A DNA stretch of 64,000 nucleotides, taken from Ramazzottius varieornatus. Taxonomy: Eukaryota > Animalia > Tardigrada. Each line of letters begins with the position of its first letter. Position 1 is the first letter of the stretch. The position numbers were made by a program, and so were the translations under genes. The notes under the pieces are model-generated. The model searched no databases, was not told the DNA's origin, and saw only the letters and a list, made by a program, of their open reading frames with translations. Shown here one piece after another: positions 27,051 through 50,828 of this stretch. Where the stretch lies: assembly GCA_001949185.1 (NCBI GenBank), contig BDGG01000004.1, positions 3,939,777 to 4,003,776 on the forward strand, in the 5' to 3' direction.

Positions 27051-29060
27051 GTGAGAATCAACAGAATGGCTGAAGGTAAAGAAGAAAGATCCAGACCAAG
27101 GCCCGAACTTGACTACTGCTTGGACTGAAGTGGACTGGTCAGTCTTGGCGGAAAGCAAGAAGATTTACTGCTACGGCATCGATTCACAACCGACACGGAA
27201 TATCCTTTCCTTCGCTCATTGCAGATAATTTATGTTGCTCTGCCTGGCTTCCCCATCTCCTTCCTTGAAACTGCTTCACACGATGGACGAAATCGTGGGA
27301 AAGTACAGCCGGTACAACTCAACCTTTCTGCCGGTTGAGATGAGAAGGAAAAGCCAATCGGTTGTACGAAGGCTGATATCGTTCACACAGGTAACGCCCA
27401 TTATACAGTATATACGGTAGGTGCTCATGCTACCTTGTGATATGGCAGGTAGACCGATTGCGCACCACATTTGTTATTCTCAAATTCGTTTAAATTTATT
27501 CTAACGGCACAGTCTTTAGGAGATATTTTGATCTATTTTGCATATAAAAGTTCTGAACGGCTGATCGGGGTGAAATTAATTCAAGCAACTGATGGGAAAA
27601 TTCGATACAAAGTGCCGGCGTGAACCATTGTAGTGTTGTGCATCTGAAAACATACTTTGTATCCGTCTGAGAAGAAAACGTCCCTTTGATTTTTTGTATT
27701 GACGAAAAATTAATACTGTTTGCTTTCACAACTTGTTTCCATCATGGAGTTTGAACGATGAGAAGCAAAGAAACTTGGTAATCGCCACCGGCAAAAACTG
27801 TCATCAGGTCTTTAAGCTGTTGTGTTTTCTCACGCGATCAACTGGCCGTCCTTCGAACATCAAAGTCAATTTGATTATAAATGATTAATTCGACATAATT
27901 ACATAAAATGTTTCCTGTGGTAAGACTCTCACGCTCAATTTACCAGATCGTTCAGAAAAAAACCAAAAGCAATTATCTCTATAGTGTGATTCGATGGGAA
28001 TCGATACAGACTTGTTGAAATATTTATTCTCCGACTGAAGTGCCATTACACAGCAGAAACATGACATATCATTACGCAAATTCGCAAATTCTCCGCCTTC
28101 AATCGAAAAAACTTCAGTTTTTACGAACATCAATGTATAGAAGTCCGGATCACCCTGAACGAATACCACATTTTTTCGAGCCTCCGTAGAACGAGCCGTA
28201 GTCGTACTACGGTGCCAGAGTATGCAGGTGTGTGCACGACAGTCACATTTGGTTTGCCCGGTGTCCCATGTGATATTTTCCAAAAGTTATCTGTGGTTTT
28301 TGTTTCTGCTCTACATATCATCTGCCCCTATGAGCGGGGTATGCAAGAATAGATCTCAGCGTCTTCTGGCTATATAGAGAACCGTTTCCCATGAGGGAGC
28401 TGATCCGGAGGCAAGCTATGGCTTTGCGGACGCGAAATGGCGCTCAACTTCAGACGAACGTCGCTCTGTAAATCTTGACTGTATGAAACCCAATCCTGGC
28501 GAGAACGTAAATGCTGTCGGTTACGCGGTCACTTGCGGGGCCATAATTCTCACAAAGTAAACCGTGTGAACGACGAGTCAGTTGAGGCTAAAAATGAGTT
28601 CAACGGGGCGCTTCTGAAATACTTCCGCTGACGGCGCGCAATTTGCCGGCAACCGAATATCATTCTAACCTACTCGATCAATGTTTCGCCCAGGAAAAGA
28701 GGAAGGTGGCGGAAACTTTTCTCAGGCTGTATAATGATACCCCGGTGTAGGTTGATGTGTAGGATAACAAGTTGTTTTTGCTGTGTGTAGAGACAGGCCG
28801 GTTTCTGAACGCATCGTGAGAACCACTAGTTTTTGATGAGTGCGCCTTTTCATACGAGCTATTGTCGTCATTCAGCCTCGACAATGTCAGCTAATCAAAA
28901 CTGATTTATTTGCCATAATGGTCGGTGTGTGGGATCGCTTACCTGCTTCAATGGCTGCGTGTTTTTTTATTGTACATACATCAAAGGCCTCCACGTCTAT
29001 GGCACTTAACAATTTAACTAGACACCATCATAATCAACAACCGCCAGGCTAGTTCCCACA
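27051..29060. promoter_or_regulatory. Cluster of CSL/RBPJ/Su(H) binding sites upstream of NRARP
   Basis: Strict YGTGRGAA at 27294(+), 27827(-), 28547(-), 28815(+) and 29053(-). YGTGTGAA variants at 27275(-), 27382(-) and 28563(+). GTGAGAA at 27051. Confidence 0.75.
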
Positions 29061-29678
29061 GTGCATCAATTTATGTGACGAATATTGAATACTCGTAGAA
29101 CATAACCGCGCTGATATCGAAGCCACACTTCCGGAACTATTACACCCGTCTTATCTCCAGTTTACGGTTCAATTAGGCACTGGAAGCGAACGCCATCCCA
29201 TGATCCCATCAGTGTCCGTGTTCTAAGCAGCGCGAGTGCGAGCTGTAATGTTCCGGTCGCGCAAACAAGCGCGGGAAGGTCATTGTGCAGGTGGAAGAAG
29301 GAAACGGATGACACGCGTACAGCGGGGCGTATCGTCAACGTCTCACGGCCATTTTCATGGGAGAATGCCGTGGACGCCGCTTGGCGTCGCTTGGGCAGTT
29401 GAAGGGTCAACGCTACTGACCAGTGACAGGAAGGAGGAATGATGGGATAGAGGGAAGTTCCGGCGTCCCCCGCAACGCGTATCCACTGTCACGCTGGCTT
29501 ATTCAGACGATCGATATGGCAATCCACCGATGGAATGCGACGTCCGAACTTCAGCCCTTTACTGGGTTATTTGGCTTTATGACGTCAATTTAATATTTAT
29601 AATTCAAGTAGGGAAAAATCAGTTCAGTTGTTTGATAACAAAGTGACAAAAAACAGTCTTTCAAAAAACTTTTGCATT

Positions 29679-29797
29679 GCAGGTCCTGACGAATTAAATC
29701 AGATCTCATGTCAGTGGCGCATGTTGTCGTTGTTATAGACTGAAAGAGTGCGCCACCTGCGGAAATGATTTGCCTCAAATCATTTGCCTAGCTCGCA
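29679..29797. repeat. Palindromic element, copy H (just past the stop of the orphan gene)
   Basis: cagtggcgcatgttgtcgttgttatagactgaaagagtgcgccacctg...aaatcatttgcc. Confidence 0.75.
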
Positions 29798-29823
29798 AAT
29801 TCGCACTTCGGGAAGGAGAGTCG

Positions 29824-31666
29824 TTATTTCGCTGGAGGTTGAGACTGTTCAGTGTCGGTGGTGGACTTTGTCCGTAAGGCTGCTATGGTGGTCGCCGCAT
29901 ACTGAGGAATTAGCCGACGTTGATCCGGATTCAGAGATGCACGGTGTGTGTCGCGCGCTTTATGGACGGCCATCTCACCGGCTTTCTGATTTGCCTTGAA
30001 TATATTCTGGGGCGATAGGGTGGGTTTGCTGGACGTCAGGTCGTTCTTCGAATTGAAGCTTCCCGCTTCCGCGAAAGGGGAGCTCGCAAGGGCTTCCGAA
30101 TAACCCTCCGGCTTCTGAGGTGAGCTTGGTGAAGGTCTTCCGGTATCGCTGCGCAGCTTCGAGTTCGGGCTACTTCGATCGTCGAAGTGGACAGATGGGC
30201 TTTTTTGAGACTTACTTTGTGGACTTACTGGACTGAGCCGGCCATCTTGGCGAACAGGACTCCGAGGACTGAATCGATCATTCAGCAGGCCTGACTTGAC
30301 CAACACAGGACTCCGGGTACCTGCGTCCTGTAGATGAATTTTGTGCGAGCTCGTATGTGGCTCGTGATGCGGTGAGGTCCTGTCTACAATTTTCGAAATG
30401 ATTTTCAAGGATAACCGGAAACACAATATCGATTGGGCTTGCTGTGTAGTACTGTAAATATTCGTTGCTATCGCGCAGCACGTCATCTTACACATGAGTT
30501 CCAGCCTGGTCCAGTTTCACTGCCCGTACGGGGTGCATTGTCACGTACGTGCACGTACTGCGCGGTAGCATCGAATATTTACAGTAGTCACGATGGCTGT
30601 TGCCATCCGTGTGATCTCCAAGAGCATCGGGTCCGCGAGCCAGTGGATGCCGCAGCTCGTACGGTGTCCTGGGCCGTTCTTCCTCAATGGCATACAAATT
30701 CAGATCCTGGTCCTCGAAACTAACTTTGTAGGGCGTATTGGTAAACCGGAACATCCTTTCATGTTTCATGGCGAAATCCTCAAAGGACATAAGACTATTA
30801 TCCTGCCGCTTTTTCTTCATCTTGGCGGAGAACCCGGTCTTGACTATCCTTTCAAACACATTCTGCGGAGGCGGCTCTTCCGGATGTTTCTCGCCCAAGG
30901 GCTCGGACAAGAACATTTGCGCCACAGTCTTGATTTCCTTCTGGGCTTCTCGAACAAAGCTCTCACCCAAGAACTCTCCTTCCACCTTCTGTAAAGTATT
31001 CTGGGCTGGCTTGAGACCAGCAAACAGCGCTTCGACATCTACAACGTAGTACGGCAGATGTTTCAGCAACGCCTGGCGGTAACCAGTCTTGGTCGGGTAC
31101 GTGATCTTCATGCTATCCATCCAAGCGTACACTTCAGCGCATTGTTTCAAATAGTTGGTCAAGTACTGCTGAGCAGCCAGAAGTCCTCCGGGTTTCTTGG
31201 CTAGTAGGTGGAAGTTCTCCGGATCGAGCAGACGCTGAACCTGAGCCATACGCGCTATATCGGGTTCGCCGTCGATGTGGAGGGGGTCGCCGGCGGCAAC
31301 GGCAGCTTTCTTGTTCTTCTTGCTTGCACTCTTACCCTTTTTGCCCTTCTTTGGTGGTGGAGGGCGCCGAGGAACCACAGGTTCATCTTCGTCGGGCTTG
31401 TATTCTTTCATACCGAGCTTTGTCCATAGGTAGTCTTTCATCTGAACTAGCTGAGAACGTACACCCACGTTGACCATCCCTGCTTGCCGGGCAAGCTAGA
31501 ATTGTAAAAGGGATCAAGAACCTTGAACATTCAACACGGTAAAGAAATCAAGGGAGTAACACACAAAATACTAGCGCGCAGAATCGATTCGGTAATCTTA
31601 CCTCGTGCTGCATTTCTGATGTTTCTTTGATGAGAGTTCCGATGGAATTTTCCAGCGTTTCGGCAT
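29824..31666 (-). CDS. Uncharacterised protein (~3 exons; Lys/Pro-rich patch, Ser/Pro-rich C-terminus)
   Basis: Long ORFs 30488-31477 and 29824-30495 can be joined by GT-AG introns. A short first exon MPKRWKIPSELSSKKHQKMQHE ends at a gtaag donor. No recognisable domain. Confidence 0.65.
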
Positions 31667-32430
31667 GCCTTGCTTGTACGATGTTCTTTCTTAACTACAC
31701 AAAGATTAGAACTGGAACAATCAGGTCGGAAGACACATCAACTGGTTAATTTTTATCATCCGCTTCTGTTGTGTTTACCGCTTTAGACAGGTATTTCATG
31801 TGGTACAGTAGCGCCACCTTCCTCCGATGCACAGCCGTCAATGTCCGCTCAAAATGGTGGATTTCAGCCTCCATCTGTTCAGCCGCTATCTTGAACAAAA
31901 AACGGTACATAAATAATTAACAGAAAATATGGGCCACAGAGTCTGCTCCATAGATCCACAAAACAGGTTATGCCATCCATCCGGTTTCAATTTTTGATTA
32001 TTCGTGTACTGCACTTGCCATGTGGTGTAATTAGGTTTACTGTCAATGGATTTACGCCAGTCTGTTCACTCTGATCTTCAAACAAACACGACAGAAAGAT
32101 AGAGGAGAGTTTGCTCCACACACTGAGATAGACTGAATCGGCGGAATAAAATCCTGGAAGACACCACACGAATTCTCCCCAAACTCTTGTAATATCATTA
32201 CGAGACATTGAAGTGTCTCACTAAATCCGGGCTGGACTTCTAGACAAAACGAGAAGGCAAAAATTAGGGAATCAGATACCCCGTTTGGCGCGCGCACCTT
32301 ACAGATAACGCAGAGTTTTACCTTTCTTTACCCTCCCGGTTCTGAACATGAGCGAACCGATTTCAGATCGCATTGTTGCCAGTAACAATAAATGGGCTTC
32401 ATAGGACATTCTGAAGCAAAAAAGGGAATA

Positions 32431-32524
32431 TTTCGAAAGAGCGGAAATACCGCAGAAAATTTCGAAAGAGCGGAAATACCGCAGAAAATTTCGAAAGAGC
32501 GGAAATACCGCAGAAAATTTCGAA
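32431..32524. repeat. 29-bp tandem repeat, ~3.2 perfect copies
   Basis: Unit TTTCGAAAGAGCGGAAATACCGCAGAAAA starts at 32431, 32460 and 32489, with a partial copy at 32518. Confidence 0.95.
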
Positions 32525-32984
32525 GCCCGAGTGGCACCAAAGGAAAATTATGGTTACTGTCTGGTTGGAATTTCACCGTCTAGACCCCTACGAAGTCATT
32601 TTGCCCGGCGTAACGGTAGCCGGAGACTAGACCTCTCTAGTACAGGGAGTAGTGATGAAAACAGACGCCATTCACTAAACGAAATTATTCAGTCGGCTCA
32701 AAGCACCAATGTTGCGAGTCAGCTCAAGAGTGCACATCGAACAAAACGCTGCCGCAAAACCCCGGGAGGTGGAACTGGGGACTAACCTTCACACACCAGG
32801 AAGAGCGAACCTGATAATGAAGAATTATCACCATGTCGGAAAATCAGAGCAGCTCCAACGAGAAAGAACAATTTCCTCCAGAATGGCTGCAAAAAATGGC
32901 TGCGGAGAGTTATCTTTTCTCTTTCCCTATGCTCTCACAGTACAGACATGAATTCGCTGCCGAAGAAATGAGTGAAGTACCTTG

Positions 32985-33683
32985 CTAGGATGGGTGGATA
33001 ACCCGATCAAAAATACCGAGGTTAGCAGTCAGGAAAATGTTTTGAAAATCTTCGTCGGGGGAGTAACAAGTCATACTTCCGCACCTGATAGTATACAGGA
33101 TCTTCAGAAGATTCATGAAACCGAAATTTGCAGTGAAATCAAAGTTACCTTCATACAACTTTCTTCCTTGTTGCCTTTCATAGCTCGTACAAAAGTTTTC
33201 CTTCACTTCATTGTAACGCCATGCCTTGACCGTGGCATCTTGCTCCGCTTTAGCAGAAGAAAGCACATCAGGCGCAGGTTCTTGTGCTACTTCGAGCGCT
33301 TGATCTCCCAAAAGACTCCTTCTCACTCTGCGATCAGGTTGAACCTTGCAGACATATCCCTTCCTGGTGTGAGCTTTTTTTGTCGCTTTGCTCCTTGCTA
33401 CGATCTCCGCCAGAGTATCTGCATCCTCGAAGAAGGATACAGGGCCATGTCGATGACCATGATGATGATGCTCTTTGCCGACGGGTGCCGGTGTCGGGAT
33501 ACCAGTACGATCCTCGCGTACGGATCGCAGAGATTGGACTTCATCCAGCGTAGGAAGGCCAATTACTGTTCGGCTGGTGGGTGCTACAATCCTTCCGGCT
33601 GACTGCAAGTCAGACTTCGGTAAAGGCGGCATTTCTAATTGAATCAGAAATGCGTACCACTGATCCGCTGGTAACCACGGCAA
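32985..33683 (-). CDS. Possible uncharacterised ORF with a His-rich patch (HHHHGHRHG); may have upstream exons to ~34450
   Basis: 232-codon open frame with splice-like sites upstream, but I could not build a consistent multi-exon model. Confidence 0.35.
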   Translation of the reverse strand: MPWLPADQWYAFLIQLEMPPLPKSDLQSAGRIVAPTSRTVIGLPTLDEVQSLRSVREDRTGIPTPAPVGKEHHHHGHRHGPVSFFEDADTLAEIVARSKATKKAHTRKGYVCKVQPDRRVRRSLLGDQALEVAQEPAPDVLSSAKAEQDATVKAWRYNEVKENFCTSYERQQGRKLYEGNFDFTANFGFMNLLKILYTIRCGSMTCYSPDEDFQNIFLTANLGIFDRVIHPS

Positions 33684-33834
33684 GTTGAATAACTGCGAAC
33701 TTTCGCGAGTCCCTGAGTTTCATTGGAACCCCGGGATGGTTGGAGCGGTCGGGACAGGGCTTTGATTAGCCTGGAAACATAATGTCGGTCACCGCTATAG
33801 GAAATGGGACTGACTGACTTACAGTACCAATGAA

Positions 33835-33958
33835 TAAGAGGTCAGTAAACGAAACATACAATTTGTTTTTCTCAAGTGGCGCTCGTCTCTGTTGTTTTAG
33901 GCCAGAAGCGTGCGCCACTTTACCTGACGATCTTGTACGTTGGTTTGCCGGTCTCTCA
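33835..33958. repeat. Palindromic element, copy F
   Basis: ttctcaagtggcgctc...gtgcgccacttt...acgatc...tttgccgg. Confidence 0.75.
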
Positions 33959-35047
33959 AATGCAGCATGGCAAGACCGGATGAGTCCATGTTAAGCTGTT
34001 TCTTAAAAACCAGAATAATCTTACGTCTTAAATGGAACAGTTAATCTATGGAGCAAGGTCAGGTTGGGATGCATTCCGCATGTGCGACTTCTGGTCTACT
34101 CGGTTTCCGGGTTCGTGGTCCTCACAATCATATACCTCGTGCTGTACCCGTTAGAAATTCGTTGCCCATCGAAGAGAGGGAAGGGCTCGGGTGACCTGAA
34201 ACTGCACTACGCTCCGGTCATCGATAACCGATACACATCCAAAGGATGCCCGCAGATATCTCCGGGAGCGAGCTCCGAAGGCTGACACGTCTTGGAGAAC
34301 AAGGCTGTAAAGTTAATTTTTTATGGCATATCTGAGAGAGGAGGCGCCACATCAGCCCACTTACGAAACGCAGCCTGGGTCTGCGTCCAGCGATGGATGC
34401 TAGCGCAGCAATATTTCCAAACATAATCGCCTCGAGGCTCATCGATAACAGCCACACAGTCGGCAGTTGATTTCGTAATGTGAGCATGTTCGTAGTGTGT
34501 AAACATTTTTATCGCAAGTTTTGAAAAAAGAAAAAGAAGGAGTAATAACTATACTTGGCGAGAGAATTTCATCAACGTAAACACAAGAAACCTCCACCCA
34601 AAGAAAATTCGCAGAAAAATTCCATTCACGTCGATATGATGGTTTGTATGGCGTGATATCGTAATGATGAAACATGGTTATTGTATGTGATGTAATAAGG
34701 AAAGAAGTAGGTTAGGAACCCCTCCCACCGAATGTCATCTTTCCATTCAACTGAAACACCTGACTCGATCTGGTTCAAGTCCTTTTCCGCACGGGTGATC
34801 TTCAACGGAGACTTCCGTCAGAAGGAGCTCAGGATGATGTTTCAGTAAGAGATGTTATCATGACAAGGTGCAACGTTAAACTGTAGCTGACCAAGATATT
34901 CAGTCCCTTATTAGCGACGCTTTCAACGTATTTGTGTTGATAGATGTCCAGTTACTGGTTCTTCAAACACAAAGCAGCCAACCAATAACGAAGTCACCGT
35001 GTCCTTGCTGCCAGAGTTAGAATCGTTCAGGAACTTCCGCATGCTGA

Positions 35048-46392
<11,345 letters not shown>

Positions 46393-47639
46393 GGAGTGCC
46401 CAGAGGTGGTCTGTCGACAAGAGACACGTACACATGTGGCGTGCATGGATAAGATTACGACATGGGACCGAACACACAAGACCTACTGCAGGACGTATCC
46501 GTGATGTTCGCTGCTCTCTCTCATGGACAGCTTGCAGGTGTTCCGCCGCACGTCTCAAAATGCGGCCAGTTTTCGCTCATTTTGCTGGTTCATCAGCTCC
46601 CGGCTCACTAGCGGTGTGAGCGTAGGAAGCTGGATAAGAAGACATGAAGATGACCATCCTTCGTGGCACGTCGCAGTAGGTAATGTACCTGGAGCAATGC
46701 TTTCTGTGATTGGCAACCACGATAAGCCCCAAGCACGATGACGCTGAATTTGTTTAGGGATGATTCCGCTGCTCTGGCACAAAGGACCACTAACATCAGC
46801 TAGCTCTAACAAGCGAGCAATTGGAGGAACCTTGATGAGGCGACTTCGTGAATTCTGGAATGCAGAAAGTCAGATAACGTATCTCGTACGGAAGGGATGT
46901 CCTAAACGCCACAGTTTTCACAGCGGTTGTTTTTGTAGCTCACGTGGTATACGTTTGTTTCTTTGACTTTGGTGCGTATGATGTCGTACAAGTGCAGTTA
47001 GCTGTACGGCCTAGATGACGCCCCCAGACGACCCACTGCACCCCGAACTTACTGTATACGTTTGCCCACGTGGGAGATAAAATATGAAAACGCCCGAGGG
47101 CCGAGGCTAAACAGTGTTTGAAGAACGATCACGCAGTTGTCTCTTTCGACCAGCCACAAACCGCCAGAACTGGCACCGTGGTCATGGGTGCGAAAATCCC
47201 ATCTTTTCTGGTCAGGAGACTCGGTTCTCATACGACATTTGAATCGGTTTTTCGAGACTGAAGAAGAACTTGATTGATTGTTTGCGTCATTGAGATGGGG
47301 TGTACTTCATCTTGGAGAGCCGTTCTGTGTTTATGGTATTTTGCGGTACGCATTTGCCAGTGATTGCTCGAAATGCATCGACGGTAGTCTCAGCGAGACT
47401 ATACGAGAGCTTTAACTTCACTCTCGTGGGGCCCTTCGGTCGTTCACACCAGCTGGTGACTCTAAACGGTGACGCTGACTGACGCATGACCAAAGAGAGA
47501 GATTTAATGAGCCTCGACAATCTAGTCAACGGCCTCATCGATGGTCGGAGGAACAGTTAGCTCTTCGGCGAAATTTTTGCACTTCAAAGATTAATAATTT
47601 CTGACGCACAAGATAAACCGGCCACACCCTCATATATTT

Positions 47640-48685
47640 GAAAACTTCAAGAAACTTGTGGGCGTCAACTATCCATTCGAGTGTTACTTGAAGCAGTCCT
47701 ATCATTCGTGAAGAGACAACTGCACGGAAGTTACCAAGAAGGGCTACCTGAAAAAGCCCTCACGTCAAGAATTCCTTTATTTTGTATCTGAAGCCTGGGA
47801 TAGGATCAAAACTTCCACTATAGAAAACTCTTTCGTTGCTGCGAATATTTTGCCTGAACCCCTGTACTTGTTAGCTGATGAGAACGTTGAAGATCTGAAC
47901 TACACTCTCGAATGCAGCTTTACCGCTGTGGAACACAACTGACTTACTGGGAAGGGCCATTTGAAAGGCAGTGAATAGTACCATGGATTGTTGATTAGCC
48001 GAACTAAATAATTTGGGGTCCGACTAGTGCTGGCAAAAATACGATAGAATTCGATAGGATATTTTTCGATACAATATTGGCGGGTATTTTATCGCGGTCT
48101 TCCATATTGATTCGACATCGATATTTCGATACATTTTTCCGTTACCGTATTTTCGTTATATCGTATCATATCGCAGCAATATATCGATATTTCGGAAATT
48201 TAGTTATTCGGGAATCCACTAGTCCAAGCCGAAAAACTCAAGAAGCCGATTTCCACATAAAGTATTGGTAAGATCGAAAGCGTCGGATGCAGCAAAGACA
48301 TGATTATACCAAGACATCAGACACAAGGAAACGTTGGCAGAATTAGTACCAGAACCGAATGATTGGAGTGTGCTCGGTACACCAGGGCCAAAATCAAGTT
48401 TTGGAATCAACCATGGTCTCACTGGCGAGTTTGCCATTCAGCAAAATACCGATATATCGAAAATATATCGATATGGCGCAACACGATATCGCCGAATACT
48501 TTATTACACTATTCGATACGAGTTTCCTATCGATATTTTCGATACGATACCTGCCGCATATTTTATCGCAAAGATTCGACATATTTCGACACGGTATCGG
48601 TCGAAATTTGTCGAATCGTTGCCAGCACTGGGTCCGACGGACAAAATTAACGCGTATGCTGCGTGAGATTCAAGAAGCATTACAG
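47640..48685 (+). mobile_element. Degenerate pogo-like (DDE_1) transposon remnant with its right TIR
   Basis: Broken frames give VNYPFECYLKQSY and KGYLKKPSRQEFLYFVSEAWDRIKTSTIENSFVAANI, resembling pogo/Tigger transposase C-termini. Ends in TTCAAGAAGCATTACAG|TA. Left end not found. Confidence 0.7.
48025..48630. mobile_element. Non-autonomous hAT element (MITE), 606 bp
   Basis: TIR TAGTGCTGGCAA / TTGCCAGCACTG. Perfect 8-bp TSD GGTCCGAC at 48017-48024 and 48631-48638. Subterminal regions are rich in TCGATA-type repeats. Confidence 0.92.
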
Positions 48686-48874
48686 TATGGTTCAGACTCT
48701 CCGGAGTATTTTACCGTCTAAATGAGTAAATTACCCAACGCTGGGCGGAAGTGCGTCGCAATAGCATAGGTATACGGCGATACTATATGCAGCCCTTAGA
48801 AAGAACTCACTTTCTGTTTCTTCCCGGCGCAAGTGTATTTCCAATCTCCGAGTGTGGCCAATACCGAGAGAAAC

Positions 48875-50728
48875 ATGAGCGATCCCAAGGACATGAACGA
48901 GGATGTTCCCGAGTACCTGGATGAAGGTGACACGGTTGAAGTGATTGATTTGGATGAGCTACTCGGTACGTGCCGTTCTCACCTTGACAGTCCGTGGAAC
49001 GAAATGTTCCCGTTCAGTGTGCTTTTTTTACTGTTTGCTCCGTAAACCGGCAGGAGATCCGGAAGACTATGCTGGTGATGAGGGTGAAGGCGAAGGTGAT
49101 TGGGAAGATGAAGATCATCAAGAGTCTGCTACTGAATTCGACTTTGCCTCGTTGTTTCCAAATATACCAGTGCTTATTCCATCCTTCGAGTTTTCGGGAC
49201 ATGAGGGTAGGTGTCGCAGATATCATTCGAACACAAGGTACTATCGGATCTGTGTGATGCGGGCTAAAAAGTCTCTAATGTGGGTAGGTTCGGCCTTCTG
49301 TGTTGCACTGGACAGCGTAACTCACACTGCTGTCGTTTCCGGTGGCGAAGATGACAGAGCATTCGTTTGGAATATCGAGGATGGTGTCGTCAGGTTTACC
49401 TGTACAGGTATGAAACCGGAGATTGGGGTCAGAAGCTGTGTGTTTGGGTGCAGATTTCGGACAGCGCTTCATGATCTGAATCCCGAAATCGATTAATCGA
49501 ATATCGGGATGACGGGTCAAATTGGTTCATCTGTTTATTAGGACACAAAGATTCCGTCACACATGTCGGAGTAAGCCACGAGGGAACCTTGGTTTTCTCC
49601 GCAGATATGTCTGGTAGCATCAAAGTATGGGCGTTGTGTGATGGATCGCAACTTTGGGAAGCTGAAACATCTGATCTAAAGGTAAGTTTTCGTTTGCTTG
49701 GTTATTATACTGTACACTATCAGAGTCTGATGTGAAAGGAAAGACAGTTAACATGAACTTTACTATATCCCAAGTTTTCACGAAGTACTTACACATGACG
49801 GATCTCTCTGCTTGGCAGTGGGTGAAGTGGCATCAGAAAGCTCACGTCTTATTCGCTGCCACCGAAGATGGGTCCCTCTACATGTGGCAAGTTCCAGGTG
49901 GACAGTGTAAAGTCCATCAGGCATCGGGCGCCATAACTGCGGCCGAGATATTCCCAGACGGTAATAGCATATTTGAATCCTTAGTTTGGTCTTATGCTGT
50001 GTCAATTTATCAATTTTGCTCGCTCAAATAGGAAAGAGGATCGCCTTCGCGCACGGAAATGGGGTCGTTGGTGTACTAGACCTAAAGGACTGGAAGGTTG
50101 TGCAGACCTTCACTCCAGGTACGATTGTTGTACGTCCAAACGAGCTCGGATTCAGACGAGCTTGATCTTTCATTGAAAGTCCGTAACACTGTTCTGCTGT
50201 ACAGGGAAGAGAGACGAAGATCAGGAAGTTCTCTGTATTGACGTGGATGCTCAAGGATTACTGATAGCCGCCGGAACCACCAACGGAACCGTTCGCGTAC
50301 TTCATGCTAGTAACGGGAAAACAATTAAAGAATTCCGAGACCAAGCGTTTTCCAGTAGCGAAGAAGACCGCCAAGCCATTGAGAGTGTCCTGTTCTCGAA
50401 GAACCATCAGTGGCTCGCTGTCGCGGGGTTGAACGGTACGCTGTGTGTGTATGATATCCCCACCCAAACAAATCGCCATACATGCTCCAGCCCTGCCTTC
50501 AAAGGAACTACCAAGATGCTGTGGATTGAAGCCAATAACCAAACTCTGATTGCCTTAGGACATCTGAAAGGGCTTCTGTCGATATGGGATGCGAGATCGG
50601 GTATTGTTCAAACAATTTTGAAATGTCAGGATGATGATGTGCTCGATTTGTGTGTCTCCAGTGATGGGCGCAGATTGTTAGCTGCCTGCGATAACGGTGT
50701 TGTAAATGTTTTTGATCTAGCGAAATAG
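48875..50728 (+). CDS. AAMP: WD40 protein AAMP / Sqt1 (uL16 chaperone)
   Basis: Acidic N-terminus with VEVIDLDE, FSGH..SAFCV, SGGEDDRAFVW, GHKDSVT, SADMSGSIKVW, W..WH.KAHVLFAATEDGSLYMWQVP.GQCK and FPDGKR. Confidence 0.9.
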
Positions 50729-50828
50729 AAGTTGTGCGCAAACATGGGAGTAAATACGATTGCTAACCAGAACATCTGCTCTCTTAAATATCAACGGGTT
50801 CTCAGTTAAGAGACACGAAAGTGGAATT

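Noticed and set aside
32431-32524. CRISPR-like array (29-bp palindromic repeats)
   Set aside because: The repeats are head-to-tail with no spacers, there are no cas genes, and the context is eukaryotic.
32329-32772. TIR element around the tandem repeat (cctcccgg/ccgggagg)
   Set aside because: Only 8 bp match and there is no TSD.
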